Part shown: positions 25,963 to 35,922 of the stretch, one piece after another
Layout: the number at the start of each line of letters is the position of its first letter
How positions within the stretch are numbered: position 1 is the stretch's first letter
Assembly (NCBI GenBank): GCA_963666835.2
Contig: CAXXGO010000006.1
Location: 2,432,001 to 2,496,000, forward strand
Source of the DNA: Phycisphaerae bacterium
GTDB lineage: Bacteria; Planctomycetota; Phycisphaerae; UBA1845
Length of the DNA stretch: 64,000 nucleotides
Direction: 5' to 3'
The notes under the pieces: generated by a model
The model's input: only the letters and a program-made list of their open reading frames with translations
Told to the model about the DNA's origin: nothing
Databases searched by the model: none
Translations under genes and position numbers: made by a program

Positions 25963-27177
25963 CTACGTACGAGCTGTGCGCCCGAGGCCGACGCCAATGG
26001 GCTGAGCTCCGATAAGCTCCCGCGCTATGACAACCGTAGCGGCATTCGGTCGCCGGTCAAGTAAACAACGCAGGGCTTGGGCTACCAATGAGTGCTGCCG
26101 CCCTGTGAAAAGGTAAGGGGACCTGTCCGCGATGCGATCGCTCCCCAGGTATGTCGCGATGCGTGTGGTGAGTTCGCCGATACCGGCCCCGGTCTCGGCG
26201 GATATCCAGAGTCCTTGCTTGGGTACGACCCACTCTGGCCGGGCCGCCCCCCGATCGGCTTTGTTTAGCACGATCAGAGTACCGGCGGAGTTTTCCTCGG
26301 CGTCCACGCACGCCTCGATTGTCTTGGTCTCCGAGATGGAAACGCCATCAAGAACGAGAATCCGCAAATCGGCCGCGTTGGCTTCGTTGCACCCCGATTC
26401 GACGGCCAGGCTCTCCAGGTCGTCATCCGGGAGTCGTCGCCCGGCAGTGTCGACGAGGGTTGCGGGGATCCCGTCGAACTCCGTCGAGGCGGTTACCCAA
26501 TCACGAGTTGTGCCCGCCCGGGGAGCTACCATCGCTGCGTTCCGGCCGACGAGACGATTGAACAAGGTCGATTTCCCGCTGTTGGGAGGTCCGACCAGCA
26601 CAACCTTCGCCCCGTGAAGCAGGCGTCGGGCGTCGTCGTACCCTTGCAGCAGACTCTCCAGCTCGGCACGGACCCCCTCCGGATCCGTTGCACACCGCCC
26701 TGCAACCCGCCGCAGGCTGTCGGCGAGATTCTCGCGCTGCCATGACAGGAACCTGACGGCACGGGCGGTTTTCGCCTGAACCAGTGCGTCGAGCGCCTCG
26801 GCCTCGATCCTTCCGGTTGCCGACCACACGTCGCTTGCGGCAGGGGGCGTTTCTACGATTTCCGCCCCATGCTCTGCCAGGCTGCTCAATACGCGTTGCA
26901 GAACCCGGATTCCGCCGTGAGCGGCAATGTCGATCGTGGGAATACCGCTTACGATTGCCAGGCTAACCACTGCGTCGTCGATGCTCTCGGTTTCATCGTG
27001 AATGCTTCCGTACCGGAGCCGGTCGACGTCGGCCTCCGCAAGAACCCGACCTGACCGGCTCTCGAAGACCCGGTTGAGGATGCTCAACGCGCCTTCACCT
27101 ACAACCCGAACGATGCCCAGTGCTCCCATGCCGGCCGGAGTGGTTACGAAGCAGCGCGCCACGTTATCACCGTTCAT
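25963..27177 (-). CDS. MnmE/TrmE-like GTPase lacking the C-terminal FCxGK motif
   Basis: TrmE N-domain (GALGIVRV, HGG), G1 GPPNSGKS, G2 GTTRD, G3 DTAG, G4 NKAD, G5 SAETG. Confidence 0.85.
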   Translation of the reverse strand: MNGDNVARCFVTTPAGMGALGIVRVVGEGALSILNRVFESRSGRVLAEADVDRLRYGSIHDETESIDDAVVSLAIVSGIPTIDIAAHGGIRVLQRVLSSLAEHGAEIVETPPAASDVWSATGRIEAEALDALVQAKTARAVRFLSWQRENLADSLRRVAGRCATDPEGVRAELESLLQGYDDARRLLHGAKVVLVGPPNSGKSTLFNRLVGRNAAMVAPRAGTTRDWVTASTEFDGIPATLVDTAGRRLPDDDLESLAVESGCNEANAADLRILVLDGVSISETKTIEACVDAEENSAGTLIVLNKADRGAARPEWVVPKQGLWISAETGAGIGELTTRIATYLGSDRIADRSPYLFTGRQHSLVAQALRCLLDRRPNAATVVIARELIGAQPIGVGLGRTART

Positions 27178-27974
27178 ACGCCTCTGTCGGAAAGGTATCT
27201 CGCATACGCCAACCCGACACCTTGAAGAGTGAGATTAGCGACGGCGGAGTCGATGAAATCGCATTGGGGGGCCAACAGCTCCAGGCTCCCGCCGGTGGCG
27301 ACGACGTGTGGCCAGGAGCCCAGCTTCGTCGCGTAGGCCTCGACCAAGCCACGCACGGCTCCGGCTACGCCGCGACACACGCCGGTTTGCATTGCTTCTG
27401 CGGTGTTGCGTCCGTAGGGCAGTTCCGGAATCGCGGGCATGACTTTGGGTAGTGCCGCAGTGTGCTCATTTAGTGAGCGCAGTTGTAGTTCGAGCCCCGG
27501 CAGGATCGCTCCGCCTTGCAGGACGCCCTCGTCGTCAACGAGATCGACCGTAACCGCGGTGCCGAAATCCACGATCGTGCATGCCGTATTAAGTTCGCAG
27601 GCTGCGGCGGCGGCGGCGCAGACGCGGTCCACCCCGATTGCTCTAGGATCCTCGACCGCCACGTCGATTGGCAAGGGGATAGTGTCACCGACGATCAGAG
27701 CTCGTTGGCCCAGCTCGACCTGGACCACCTCCGCAATCCGGGCACACGCGGCCGGTACCACTGCTCCGATTATCACGGCGACGGGGCGTTTCTTCGGGAA
27801 AGCCTCGCGATGGGCGGCGAAGGCCTCGGCAAAGGCCTCGTCATCTCCGGTGGCGATGGTCACCGGAGACTTCACCCGGCCCTCGTGCCAGGTTGCGATG
27901 CTCGTGTTTGTATTGCCGACATCGATCGCGAGAGCGGGGGCCAGCGGGTCATATTCGCGAGGTATCTGCGTCAT
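27174..27974 (-). CDS. coaX: Type III pantothenate kinase
   Basis: IDVGNTN, GVDR, VDFGTAVT, GGAILPG, ATGG motifs. Confidence 0.95.
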   Translation of the reverse strand: MTQIPREYDPLAPALAIDVGNTNTSIATWHEGRVKSPVTIATGDDEAFAEAFAAHREAFPKKRPVAVIIGAVVPAACARIAEVVQVELGQRALIVGDTIPLPIDVAVEDPRAIGVDRVCAAAAAACELNTACTIVDFGTAVTVDLVDDEGVLQGGAILPGLELQLRSLNEHTAALPKVMPAIPELPYGRNTAEAMQTGVCRGVAGAVRGLVEAYATKLGSWPHVVATGGSLELLAPQCDFIDSAVANLTLQGVGLAYARYLSDRGV

Positions 27975-29032
27975 GGGTTCTTCCGGTGGGGGGGCTGGGG
28001 GAGTTCGGGCCCCACTTCTGGGGCCTCTTCCCGGGTCTTGAACTCCTGCACTTGCGACCAGAGCCGTTCGGCGAGTTGCGCGACCCCTTCACCAGTAACG
28101 GCGCTGATGGGCAGAACTTCGCAGCCGATTCCCTCCGAGAGTTCTCTGACCGTTTCGCCCGTATCGCCGATCAGATCGATCTTGTTCGCTGCCACAACTT
28201 CGTCCTTCCCGGCCAATTCCTCGCTGTACTTGCGGAGTTCCCGGCGTATCGCCCGGTACGATTCGAGCGGTGACAGATCGGAGTATTCCGAACCGACGTT
28301 CACAAGGTGCAGGATTATGCGGGTTCGCTCAACATGTCGAAGGAAGGCGTCGCCGAGACCCGCGCCCTCGTGGGCTCCTTCAATCAGCCCCGGGATGTCG
28401 GCCATGACGAACCGACGATGCCCGGAGAGTTCAATAATCCCGAGTTGCGGTTTGAGCGTCGTGAAGGGGTAGTCGGCGATCTTGGGCCGTGCTCGTGAAA
28501 GTCGCGCCAGCAACGTGCTCTTGCCCGCATTGGGAAGGCCGACGATTCCGACGTCGGCCATCAGCTTCAAATCCAGGCGCAGCCAACGCTCCTGTCCGGG
28601 TGATCCCGGTTCGGTCTCTCGCGGGATCTGGTGAGTTGCGGTGGCGAAATGCACGTTTCCGCGGCCGCCCTTTCCGCCCTGCGCGATGCAGACCGGCTTT
28701 CCCGGCTCCGAGAGGTCCTTGATAAGTATACCCGTGTCTCTGTCATGCAGCAGGGTGCCGACGGGAAGCTCGAGCACCAGGTCCTCGCCGGACATCCCGG
28801 TCATGTTCTTGCCAAGTCCCGGCTGGCCATTCTTGGCGATCCAGTGATGCCGGCTCGCGAAATCCAACAAGGTTTCGACGTTCGGTGCGGCAACCGCGTA
28901 AACACTGCCGCCGTCGCCGCCGTCGCCGCCGTCCGGACCCCCTTTGGGGATGAACTTCTCACGCCGGAAGCTCAGGCAGCCGTCTCCACCCTTACCCGCT
29001 CGCACGTAGATTTCGGCCTGGTCGGCGAACAT
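27971..29032 (-). CDS. obgE: GTPase Obg/CgtA
   Basis: Gly-rich Obg fold FRREKFIPKGGPDGGDGG, GLPNAGKS, YPFTT, DIPG, NKID. Confidence 0.97.
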   Translation of the reverse strand: MFADQAEIYVRAGKGGDGCLSFRREKFIPKGGPDGGDGGDGGSVYAVAAPNVETLLDFASRHHWIAKNGQPGLGKNMTGMSGEDLVLELPVGTLLHDRDTGILIKDLSEPGKPVCIAQGGKGGRGNVHFATATHQIPRETEPGSPGQERWLRLDLKLMADVGIVGLPNAGKSTLLARLSRARPKIADYPFTTLKPQLGIIELSGHRRFVMADIPGLIEGAHEGAGLGDAFLRHVERTRIILHLVNVGSEYSDLSPLESYRAIRRELRKYSEELAGKDEVVAANKIDLIGDTGETVRELSEGIGCEVLPISAVTGEGVAQLAERLWSQVQEFKTREEAPEVGPELPQPPHRKNP

Positions 29033-29070
29033 GATGATCCAGTCATTGGGGCACGATTACGACGCCGCAC

Positions 29071-29101
29071 AAAAAAAGAGGATGGTCCGAAAACCATCCT
29101 C
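29071..29101 (-). terminator. Intrinsic terminator downstream of rpmA
   Basis: Minus strand GAGGATGGT-TTTCGG-ACCATCCTC (9-bp stem) followed by T7. Confidence 0.8.
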
Positions 29102-29128
29102 AGTATCGACTTATTCACACCCGGCGGA

Positions 29129-29374
29129 CTACATGCGCTCGGGTAGCACATCCACCTTGCGGCCGCGGAACCGGACATAGCCGTCCGCCAGGGCGAAAAG
29201 AGTGTCGTCCTTGCCGCGCCCTACGTTGTGCCCGGGTAGGTGCGGGGTGCCGCACTGACGCAGGATGATAGTACCGACCGTTACCTCCTGACCGGCATAT
29301 CGCTTGATGCCCCGAAACTGCGGGTTGCTGTCGCGACCGTTCCGCGAGGAGCCTTGCCCTTTCTTATGTGCCAT
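29129..29374 (-). CDS. rpmA: 50S ribosomal protein L27
   Basis: [16 protein letters not shown]...[11 protein letters not shown]. Confidence 0.98.
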   Translation of the reverse strand: MAHKKGQGSSRNGRDSNPQFRGIKRYAGQEVTVGTIILRQCGTPHLPGHNVGRGKDDTLFALADGYVRFRGRKVDVLPERM

Positions 29375-29446
29375 AAACGTTCACTCCCTGTTCTCGCGCC
29401 CGCTGGGTCCGGGGCGGCTTATCACTCTCAATCGTGGGACTTAGCC

Positions 29447-30094
29447 TCAACGCATTACCCACTCGCGGCTCCGGCGAACGGGCACGGCGCGAGCACGCGT
29501 CGTAACATCGCCGGGAAGATCGTAACGGACGGCCAACGTTCTGCGGAAGAGGAAGACCCGGGCGTTTTGCTCCGACTCCTTCTCGTCCGGCCTGAAGGTC
29601 GGGTTGCCTACTCGCTCAATATCCCCGGAAAGCCCGCTGAAATACACCGTGAAGCTGCTGGCCTCGCTGTCGAACATCCGAAAGACCGCTACGGTTGTCC
29701 GAGCGTTTTCCCGTCCTTGGAGCAACGGCCCCGATGCCTTCGATGGCGGACTGAAAAACGGGTATTCCTTGTTGTGCCTAGCGGCAATTGCGTCGTACAC
29801 GCGGGGGCTGATCATGTCCCCAGCGCGAACGGTCTCAAGCGTATCCGTAACCAGCTCCACACTCGGATAGAAACCCACCTCTTGCCGGCTGTTGTTCGTT
29901 ACCCGGTATAGCACGTACCAGTACATCGTGGGTTCCGTATCTCCCGGCAGAACCACCGAAATCCGCTGGGGATCGTGGAATTCGACGTCCAACTGCCAAG
30001 ACGAGCTAATCAGATCCGCCTCCGGCGCTCCGGCAACCGGACGGGTCACCACGCCGACGACCAATGCGCACAATAACACTACCACTGTTCTCAT
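29447..30094 (-). CDS. Exported conserved hypothetical protein
   Basis: Signal peptide from ATG 30094; WQLDVEF..YWYVLYRVTN..EWVMR. Confidence 0.8.
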   Translation of the reverse strand: MRTVVVLLCALVVGVVTRPVAGAPEADLISSSWQLDVEFHDPQRISVVLPGDTEPTMYWYVLYRVTNNSRQEVGFYPSVELVTDTLETVRAGDMISPRVYDAIAARHNKEYPFFSPPSKASGPLLQGRENARTTVAVFRMFDSEASSFTVYFSGLSGDIERVGNPTFRPDEKESEQNARVFLFRRTLAVRYDLPGDVTTRARAVPVRRSREWVMR

Positions 30095-30101
30095 GGCCGG
30101 T

Positions 30102-30129
30102 ATGCTAGTCGATTTTCGGCGGCCGTCAA
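30102..30129 (-). promoter_or_regulatory. Putative sigma70-type promoter TTGACG-N16-TAGCAT
   Basis: Read directly on the minus strand; the -10 box ends 7 nt before ATG 30094. Confidence 0.5.
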
Positions 30130-30234
30130 CCGTCAAGCCGTCGTCAACTCGGTCTATCTGCAAGACTGTACGCGGCTGCCGTGACGGGCCACAATGGGCG
30201 CGGCAAGCTAAACCAGCGGAAGGAGGGACGAGAT

Positions 30235-31035
30235 ATGACTTCCGACGAAAAACCGATACTAGTTGCAAACAAAGAAGGTGTTCGGACTCTCACGCTGAAC
30301 CGGCCGGCGGTACTCAACGCCGTGGATCTAGACCTTATTGACGCCCTCAACCGCGCGATTGCTGCGGCCGGGGCCGATAAGAACATCCGCTGTCTGGTGA
30401 TCACCGGGGCGGGGCGGGCCTTCTGTGCAGGGCAGGATCTGGGCGTGCTGGCCGAGGGGCACCGGGCCAAGAACCCGGTTGATCTCGGGGCGCTGATCAG
30501 AGACCACTATAACCCTGCCATAACCAAGCTGAGAGCCCTGGAGAAGCCGGTGATCGCTGCGGTGAACGGGGCAGCGGCCGGGGCGGGATGCAGCTTGGCT
30601 TTGGCATGTGACTTCCGGATCGTGGCCGAGTCCGCCAGCTTCATCCAGGCCTTCGTAAAGGTCGGCCTGCTCCCTGACGTAGGGAGTACGTGGATGCTCC
30701 CGCGGCTGGTTGGCGAGGCCAAGGCCCTGGAAATGGCCCTCACCGGACGTAAGGTCGGGGCTAAGGAAGCGCTGGAGATCGGCTTAGCTACTCAGGTCGT
30801 TACTGATGCCCAGCTATCCTCAACGGTTGAGGATCTGGCTCGCCGGCTTGCTGATCTTCCGACCAAGGCCATCGGCTTGGCCAAACGTGCGATCCACAAG
30901 GCGTGGACTTCGGAGTTTGGGGATCAGCTTGCTCTCGAGGCCGCTCTGCAGACCGAGGCCGGGCGAAGCCAGGATCACCGCGAGGGTGTAGCGGCGTTCG
31001 TCGAGAAGCGTAAACCTGTCTTCAAAGGGCGCTGA
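30235..31035 (+). CDS. Enoyl-CoA hydratase/isomerase, PaaG-like
   Basis: LNRP..LNA, RAFCAGQDL, NGAAAGAG, GLLPDVG, AFVEKRKPVFKG. Confidence 0.9.
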   Translation: MTSDEKPILVANKEGVRTLTLNRPAVLNAVDLDLIDALNRAIAAAGADKNIRCLVITGAGRAFCAGQDLGVLAEGHRAKNPVDLGALIRDHYNPAITKLRALEKPVIAAVNGAAAGAGCSLALACDFRIVAESASFIQAFVKVGLLPDVGSTWMLPRLVGEAKALEMALTGRKVGAKEALEIGLATQVVTDAQLSSTVEDLARRLADLPTKAIGLAKRAIHKAWTSEFGDQLALEAALQTEAGRSQDHREGVAAFVEKRKPVFKGR

Positions 31036-31259
31036 CCTGTCGGTCCGCGCCGACGGGACGACTCGGCGAAGGGCCGGGGAGCGTCATCCATGCCCTCGCG
31101 GGCTCCATGGCGGTTCTGTGGTTTTCCCAGGAGTCACAGTTACGCAAGGGGATAGGGTCTCGTGATGCCGGCGGCAAAGGCTTGACCGTTCGGGCACGAC
31201 GGCTAATCTGCGGGCGAACTTCACCGATTTCCCTGGTCCTACCAACCCTGGAGTATTTC

Positions 31260-33240
31260 ATGACTCGTTTAGATGCCACGATCGGACACGAAGGCTCCAA
31301 CTTCACTGCGAGCGCCGCGCACGCCAAGGCGGTCGAGCTGGGCAAGGCGGTTGTGCGGATGACCACGGCGTCCGGGTCAGGCCATCCGTCGACGGCCCTG
31401 GCTTTGGCCCATGTCATCGTCGAACTGATGTACCGGCAAATGCGCTGGGATCCGTCTGATCCTTGGAACGCCGGCAATGATCGCCTCGTTCTATCGGTCG
31501 GACATGCCGTGCCGATAGTCTACGCCGCCTATGCCGATCTCGGTGGAGCGGTGGGGGTGGACCCCGCCCAAGCGAAGCCGTTGCGGGTCGAGGACTTGGC
31601 GGCTCTTCGTGAGCAGGAGAGCGTTCTTGACGGGCACCCGAACCCGGCCGAGGGCTTCCCGTTCTTCGATGCGGCGACGGGATCGCTTGGTCAGGGGCTG
31701 TCGGTCGCGGCGGGGTTGGCGCTCGCGGCCCGCCGGGACGGAATCGAAAAACGCATCTTCGCGATTGTCGGCGACGGTGAGTCCCGGGAAGGGCAGATCT
31801 GGGAGGCGGCCGATTTCATCGTGGACCACCGGCTGCACAACGTCGGGCTGATCGTCAGTGCCAACGGTCATGGACAGGCGGCCCCGGTCTCAACGCAGCA
31901 GTCTGCGGGCCGGATTTCGGCGAAACTTGTGGCGTTCGGCTGGCGCGTCGTCGAAGTGGACGGCCACGATCCCGCCGCGCTGTCCGAGGTGCTGTCGTCC
32001 GTCGGAACCGGGGATCGCCCGACGGCGGTGATTGCCCGGACGATCAAGGGGTGGGGGATCGACTCGATTCAGAACCGGAACTTCCACGGAAAGCCCATCG
32101 CCGCCGCGGATCTGGAGAGCGTCTGCCGGGAATTGGATGAGACCGGGAAAGCGGCGGGGGCGGCTCCCGGAGACGGGATGGGCCCCGCTTTGCCGGCGCG
32201 CCGAGCCGCGGAGGTTCCGCTGCCGGCGGCGGTACTTCCGCCGTTTGGCGATTCCCTTTCGCGCGTGGGGTTGGCCCAGGCCATGGACAGCCGGAAGCTC
32301 GCTACGCGCAATGCCTATGGTGTGGCGCTTGTTGCCCTCGGGGATGCGGATGCACGAGTCGTGGCTTTGGATGCCGATGTCAGCAACTCGACGTTCGCCA
32401 ACTTCTTTGCGAAGGAGCATCCGGACCGGTTCTTCGAGTGCAAGATCGCTGAACAGAACATGATTACGGTGGCTGCGGGGCTGGCCGCCGGTGGCAAGAT
32501 TCCCTTCGCCAGCAGTTTCGCGAAGTTCTTGGCGCGGGCGGTCGACCAGATCGACATGGCCGCGATTTCCAGAGCCAACATCAAGATAGTGGGCTCGCAC
32601 GCCGGCGTTTCTCTCGGGGCGGACGGTCCCTCGCAAATGTCCGTGTCGGACATGGCCTATTTCCGCAGCATGACCAAGGTGGACACGGGGCTGGGGCACG
32701 TGGCCTGTCGTGTCTTTCACCCGGCCGATGCCATCTGCGCGTACCGGTGCGTGGAGCTGATGGCGGCTACCAAGGGCATGTGCTACCTCCGGACGCATCG
32801 CCCGGCCGCACCGTTCCTCTATGCTCTGGAAGAGCGGTTCGAACTAGATGGCTGCAAGCGGTTGCGGGAGGGTGGGGATCTGACCCTCGTCAGCAGTGGC
32901 TACATGGTCCACCCGATTCTGACAATCGCCGATAGCCTGCGGGTCGACGGTATTGAGTGCAATGTGTTCGACGCCTATACGCTGCCGCTCGATCCTACAC
33001 CGATTCTTCAGTCCGCACGCGAGGCCGGCGGGGTGATCTTGACGGTCGAGGATAATTATGCCGGCGGACTTCATGCCGAACTGGCCGAAGCCGCTGCTGA
33101 AGCGGGCGACGTTCGGGTGATCGGGATGACGGCCCGGCGGATTCCGAAGTCGGCGAAGTCGGCGGCGGAGGTTTTTCTCGCACGTTGGTGTGGGAGCGAC
33201 GTATATACTCCGGAAGGCCAAGGAGATTGTGAAGCGTTGA
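31260..33240 (+). CDS. tkt: Transketolase (single chain, mammalian-TKT-like) with an apparent +1 insertion near the 3' end
   Basis: SGHPS, DGHPNP, GDGESREG ThDP motif, IAEQNM, SHAGVSLGADGPSQM. Removing one T from the T5 run at 33172-33176 gives EVFSHVGVGATYILRKAKEIVKR* ending at 33240. Confidence 0.88.
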
Positions 33241-33334
33241 GCCGTGTTCCAGTGTCCGGGGGAGGGCGCACTTTTCGGTTGCGTCATCCCCGGAGCGATG
33301 GGCGAAGGACGCGGTCTGACTGAGGAGTGTGTTT

Positions 33335-33943
33335 ATGTTGGGGTCGAGGGCGATTCGCCGCGGTGTGATTGGGTTGGTCGTTCCTGCCGTTGTGGGGTTT
33401 TCGGCGGCTATTGCAGGGTCGAAGTCCGACTTTCCGAACCCCCAGGTTGCCCGGCTTGAGATGTTCAGCGGTCCCTGGGAGGTTTCAGAGCACCACTACG
33501 ACGCCGAGGGCGATCGGGTAGCTACGTTTGAGGGCAAGGAAACGAATACGTGGATTCTGGAAGATCATGCGATCAGGCGCAGCTACCAATCCGGGGATGA
33601 GTCGCGGGTCTACCGAGCGGAAGGGCATCTGACCTGGAACGAGGCGGAGAAGAAGTACCACGGCGTATGGTTCGACAACGTTTCGTCCACCGGCCCGTCC
33701 ACGGTGAAAGGCGAATGGCTCGAGTCCGAGAACACATTCGTGTTCTTCGTGCAATCGAAGACGATGGAGGGTGTGACGCTTACTCACAAGGTCATGGACC
33801 ACTTCCGTGATGAACGGACCAGGGTCGCGACCACCTACGCCGTTAACGGTGACGCGCTGACGAAGCGGATCGAAGTGCATTATAAGCGAGATATCTCCTG
33901 CCCGGGAGCCCAGCAACGTTTCAGTACGATCCCGCGAGGCTAG
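33335..33943 (+). CDS. Exported hypothetical protein, DUF1579-like
   Basis: Signal peptide; LEMFSGPW, WNEAEKKYHGVWFDN. Confidence 0.75.
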   Translation: MLGSRAIRRGVIGLVVPAVVGFSAAIAGSKSDFPNPQVARLEMFSGPWEVSEHHYDAEGDRVATFEGKETNTWILEDHAIRRSYQSGDESRVYRAEGHLTWNEAEKKYHGVWFDNVSSTGPSTVKGEWLESENTFVFFVQSKTMEGVTLTHKVMDHFRDERTRVATTYAVNGDALTKRIEVHYKRDISCPGAQQRFSTIPRG

Positions 33944-34103
33944 GGCTACGTCACACCCAGCTTCTGGGTCTGCCACTGCTTCTGAGCAGCGTAGGGACGA
34001 AATGCGGCGTGGATTGAATTCGGACCTTCACGTGTGACGAAGCGGTAGTTCGGTCTCCGGGAAGTCTGCTGGAGTGTTCCTTTCAGGTTTGGGAGTGTTG
34101 GGC

Positions 34104-34655
34104 ATGGAAGTATTTGAGGCTATCGCCAAACGGCACAGCTATCGCGCGTCGTTCGAGGAGACTCCGATTCCGCGGGCGGATCTTCAGCAGATTGTCCAGG
34201 CGGGTATTCAGGCTCCGTCGGGGAAGAACGGGCAGACCACCAGCTTCGTAATCCTGGATGATCTTGAGTTGGTTCGGAAGATCGGGGCGATGCCTTCAGC
34301 CAACCGGGCTATGCGCCAAGCTGCCGCTATGATTGCGTGTGTGATCGACGTACAGCCGGAACCGGTCTACGAAGGACATTCCTTCGCCATCGAGGATTGC
34401 GCGGCGGCGGTTGAGAACATGTTGCTGGCGGTTACGGCTTTGGGCTATGCCACGGTATGGATCGACGGCTGGCTCCGCCTGGAGCAGCGCGCCGAGACCA
34501 TCGGGGACCTCCTGGGTGTGCCCGACGGCAAGATTATTAGAGTGATGCTCCCGATCGGTATTCCGGTGGAGAACCGGCAACAGATGGAGAAGTTCCCCTT
34601 TCAGCAACGGGCGTGGTTCAACCGGTACGGGGCGTCTACTGACGCCCCCTCCTGA
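34104..34655 (+). CDS. Nitroreductase family protein
   Basis: AIAKRHSYR, APSGKNGQ, DCAAAVENMLLAVTALGYATVW. Confidence 0.93.
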   Translation: MEVFEAIAKRHSYRASFEETPIPRADLQQIVQAGIQAPSGKNGQTTSFVILDDLELVRKIGAMPSANRAMRQAAAMIACVIDVQPEPVYEGHSFAIEDCAAAVENMLLAVTALGYATVWIDGWLRLEQRAETIGDLLGVPDGKIIRVMLPIGIPVENRQQMEKFPFQQRAWFNRYGASTDAPS

Positions 34656-34694
34656 ACGCCTGAGTCCCTTTTCTCTAAAATACTGGAGCAAGAT

Positions 34695-35274
34695 ATGAAC
34701 TTGTCTAACAAGATCTTGACAACGAGGATGCTGGTGGGGGCGGCGCTTTCCCTGGGCCTCGCCGTCGCCCCCCCTGGCCTGCGGGTCGTTTTAATCCGCC
34801 TCTTGATGTGGTACAGAACGTCGAGTTGGATCGTTATGGCGGGAAGGTGGTACGAGATTGCCCGTTATCCGAACTCGTTTGAACGCGGCCTGCGTGGGGG
34901 TGACTGCGGATTACACACCTCGCGATGACGGCCGCATCGACGTAGTCAACACTTGCGTCGAGTCGTCCCTTGATGGGCCGTCGCGTGATATCCAAGGAAC
35001 GGCTCGTGTCGTTGACACCGCTACTAACGCAAAGCTGAAGGTCAGTTTCTTCTGGCCGTTCGAGGGGGACTATTGGATCATCGGCCTTGCCGAGGATTAT
35101 TTCGTACGCGGTGGATTGGATCCCCGGACCGCCGGTTCCTCTGGATTCTCAGCCGGACCCCGACAATGGACGAAGAGCTCTACCAGCAGATTCTGGACAA
35201 CCCTGCCGGAGAAAGGATTCGATCCCGATTCACTGTCGATTGTGCCCCAATCCGACTCAGACTCGCAAGATTAG
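34695..35274 (+). pseudogene. blc: Blc-like lipocalin lipoprotein split by seven single-base insertions (probably sequencing error)
   Basis: Fragments in all three frames join into ..GCGSFNPPLDVVQNVELDRYAGRWYEIARYP..CVGVTADY..AKLKVSFFWPFEGDYWII..SYAVIGSPDRRFLWILSRTP..KGFDPDSL. Confidence 0.85.
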
Positions 35275-35302
35275 GGTTTTCAGTGTCCCATGAGCCACGG
35301 AG

Positions 35303-35811
35303 ATGACGGTCTTTAGTTTCTCCAATCAGTCAGACGCTTGCTGCTGGCCGGCGACCAACGACGGCGTAATGGGAGGCATCTCCCAGGGCCAATCGGAGAT
35401 CACTTCCGAAGGGACCCTGCGTTTCTTCGGTTGCGTTTCGCTGGAGAACAACGGCGGCTTTTCGTCGATTCGCTCTCGTGAAGAAGCGAAGGACCTATCG
35501 GCATACAACGGTATTCTGATACGAGTCCGCGGTGACGGAAAACCGGTACGCCCTTACTCTCCGGACGGACGTGAGGATCCGGGCCGGCTCTTACCGCGTG
35601 AAGTTCGATACGGAAGCGAATGAGTGGTTGGAGTTGTTCCTGCCCTTTGCGAGCTTTCGGCCGACGTCTTTTGGCGTCGAAACAGGCGCATGTTCCGCCG
35701 TTGGACCCCCGGAAGATCCGGTCTTTCGGTTTCGTGATTTCGGACAAACAGGCCGGGCTTTTCAGCCTGGAAGTGGATTGGATTAAGGCGGTGAATCGAC
35801 AGCGGTCCTGA
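35303..35811 (+). pseudogene. CIA30-family protein split by two single-base insertions
   Basis: NDGVMGG.S, VSLENNGGFSSIR, RVRGDG, then RYALTLRT..FLPFASFRPT in the next frame, then ISDKQAGLFSLEVDWI in the third. Confidence 0.85.
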
Positions 35812-35922
35812 CAGAGACAGCCCGCCTACCTGAGCCTGCCGCTCGCTTTGAGACCGCGAGTCGCTTTTCCGGAAGGTCGTAGAGGAGAAGCGTAGAGGTC
35901 GGGCTGGTCGGACCGGGCTAAG

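Noticed and set aside
33241..33323. Extended transketolase C-terminus in the ORF track
   Set aside because: Product of the +1 insertion; the corrected frame stops at 33240
34695..35811. Programmed frameshifting or phase variation in blc/CIA30
   Set aside because: Too many sites, mostly in 2-4-nt runs, without slippery heptamers; read error is more parsimonious
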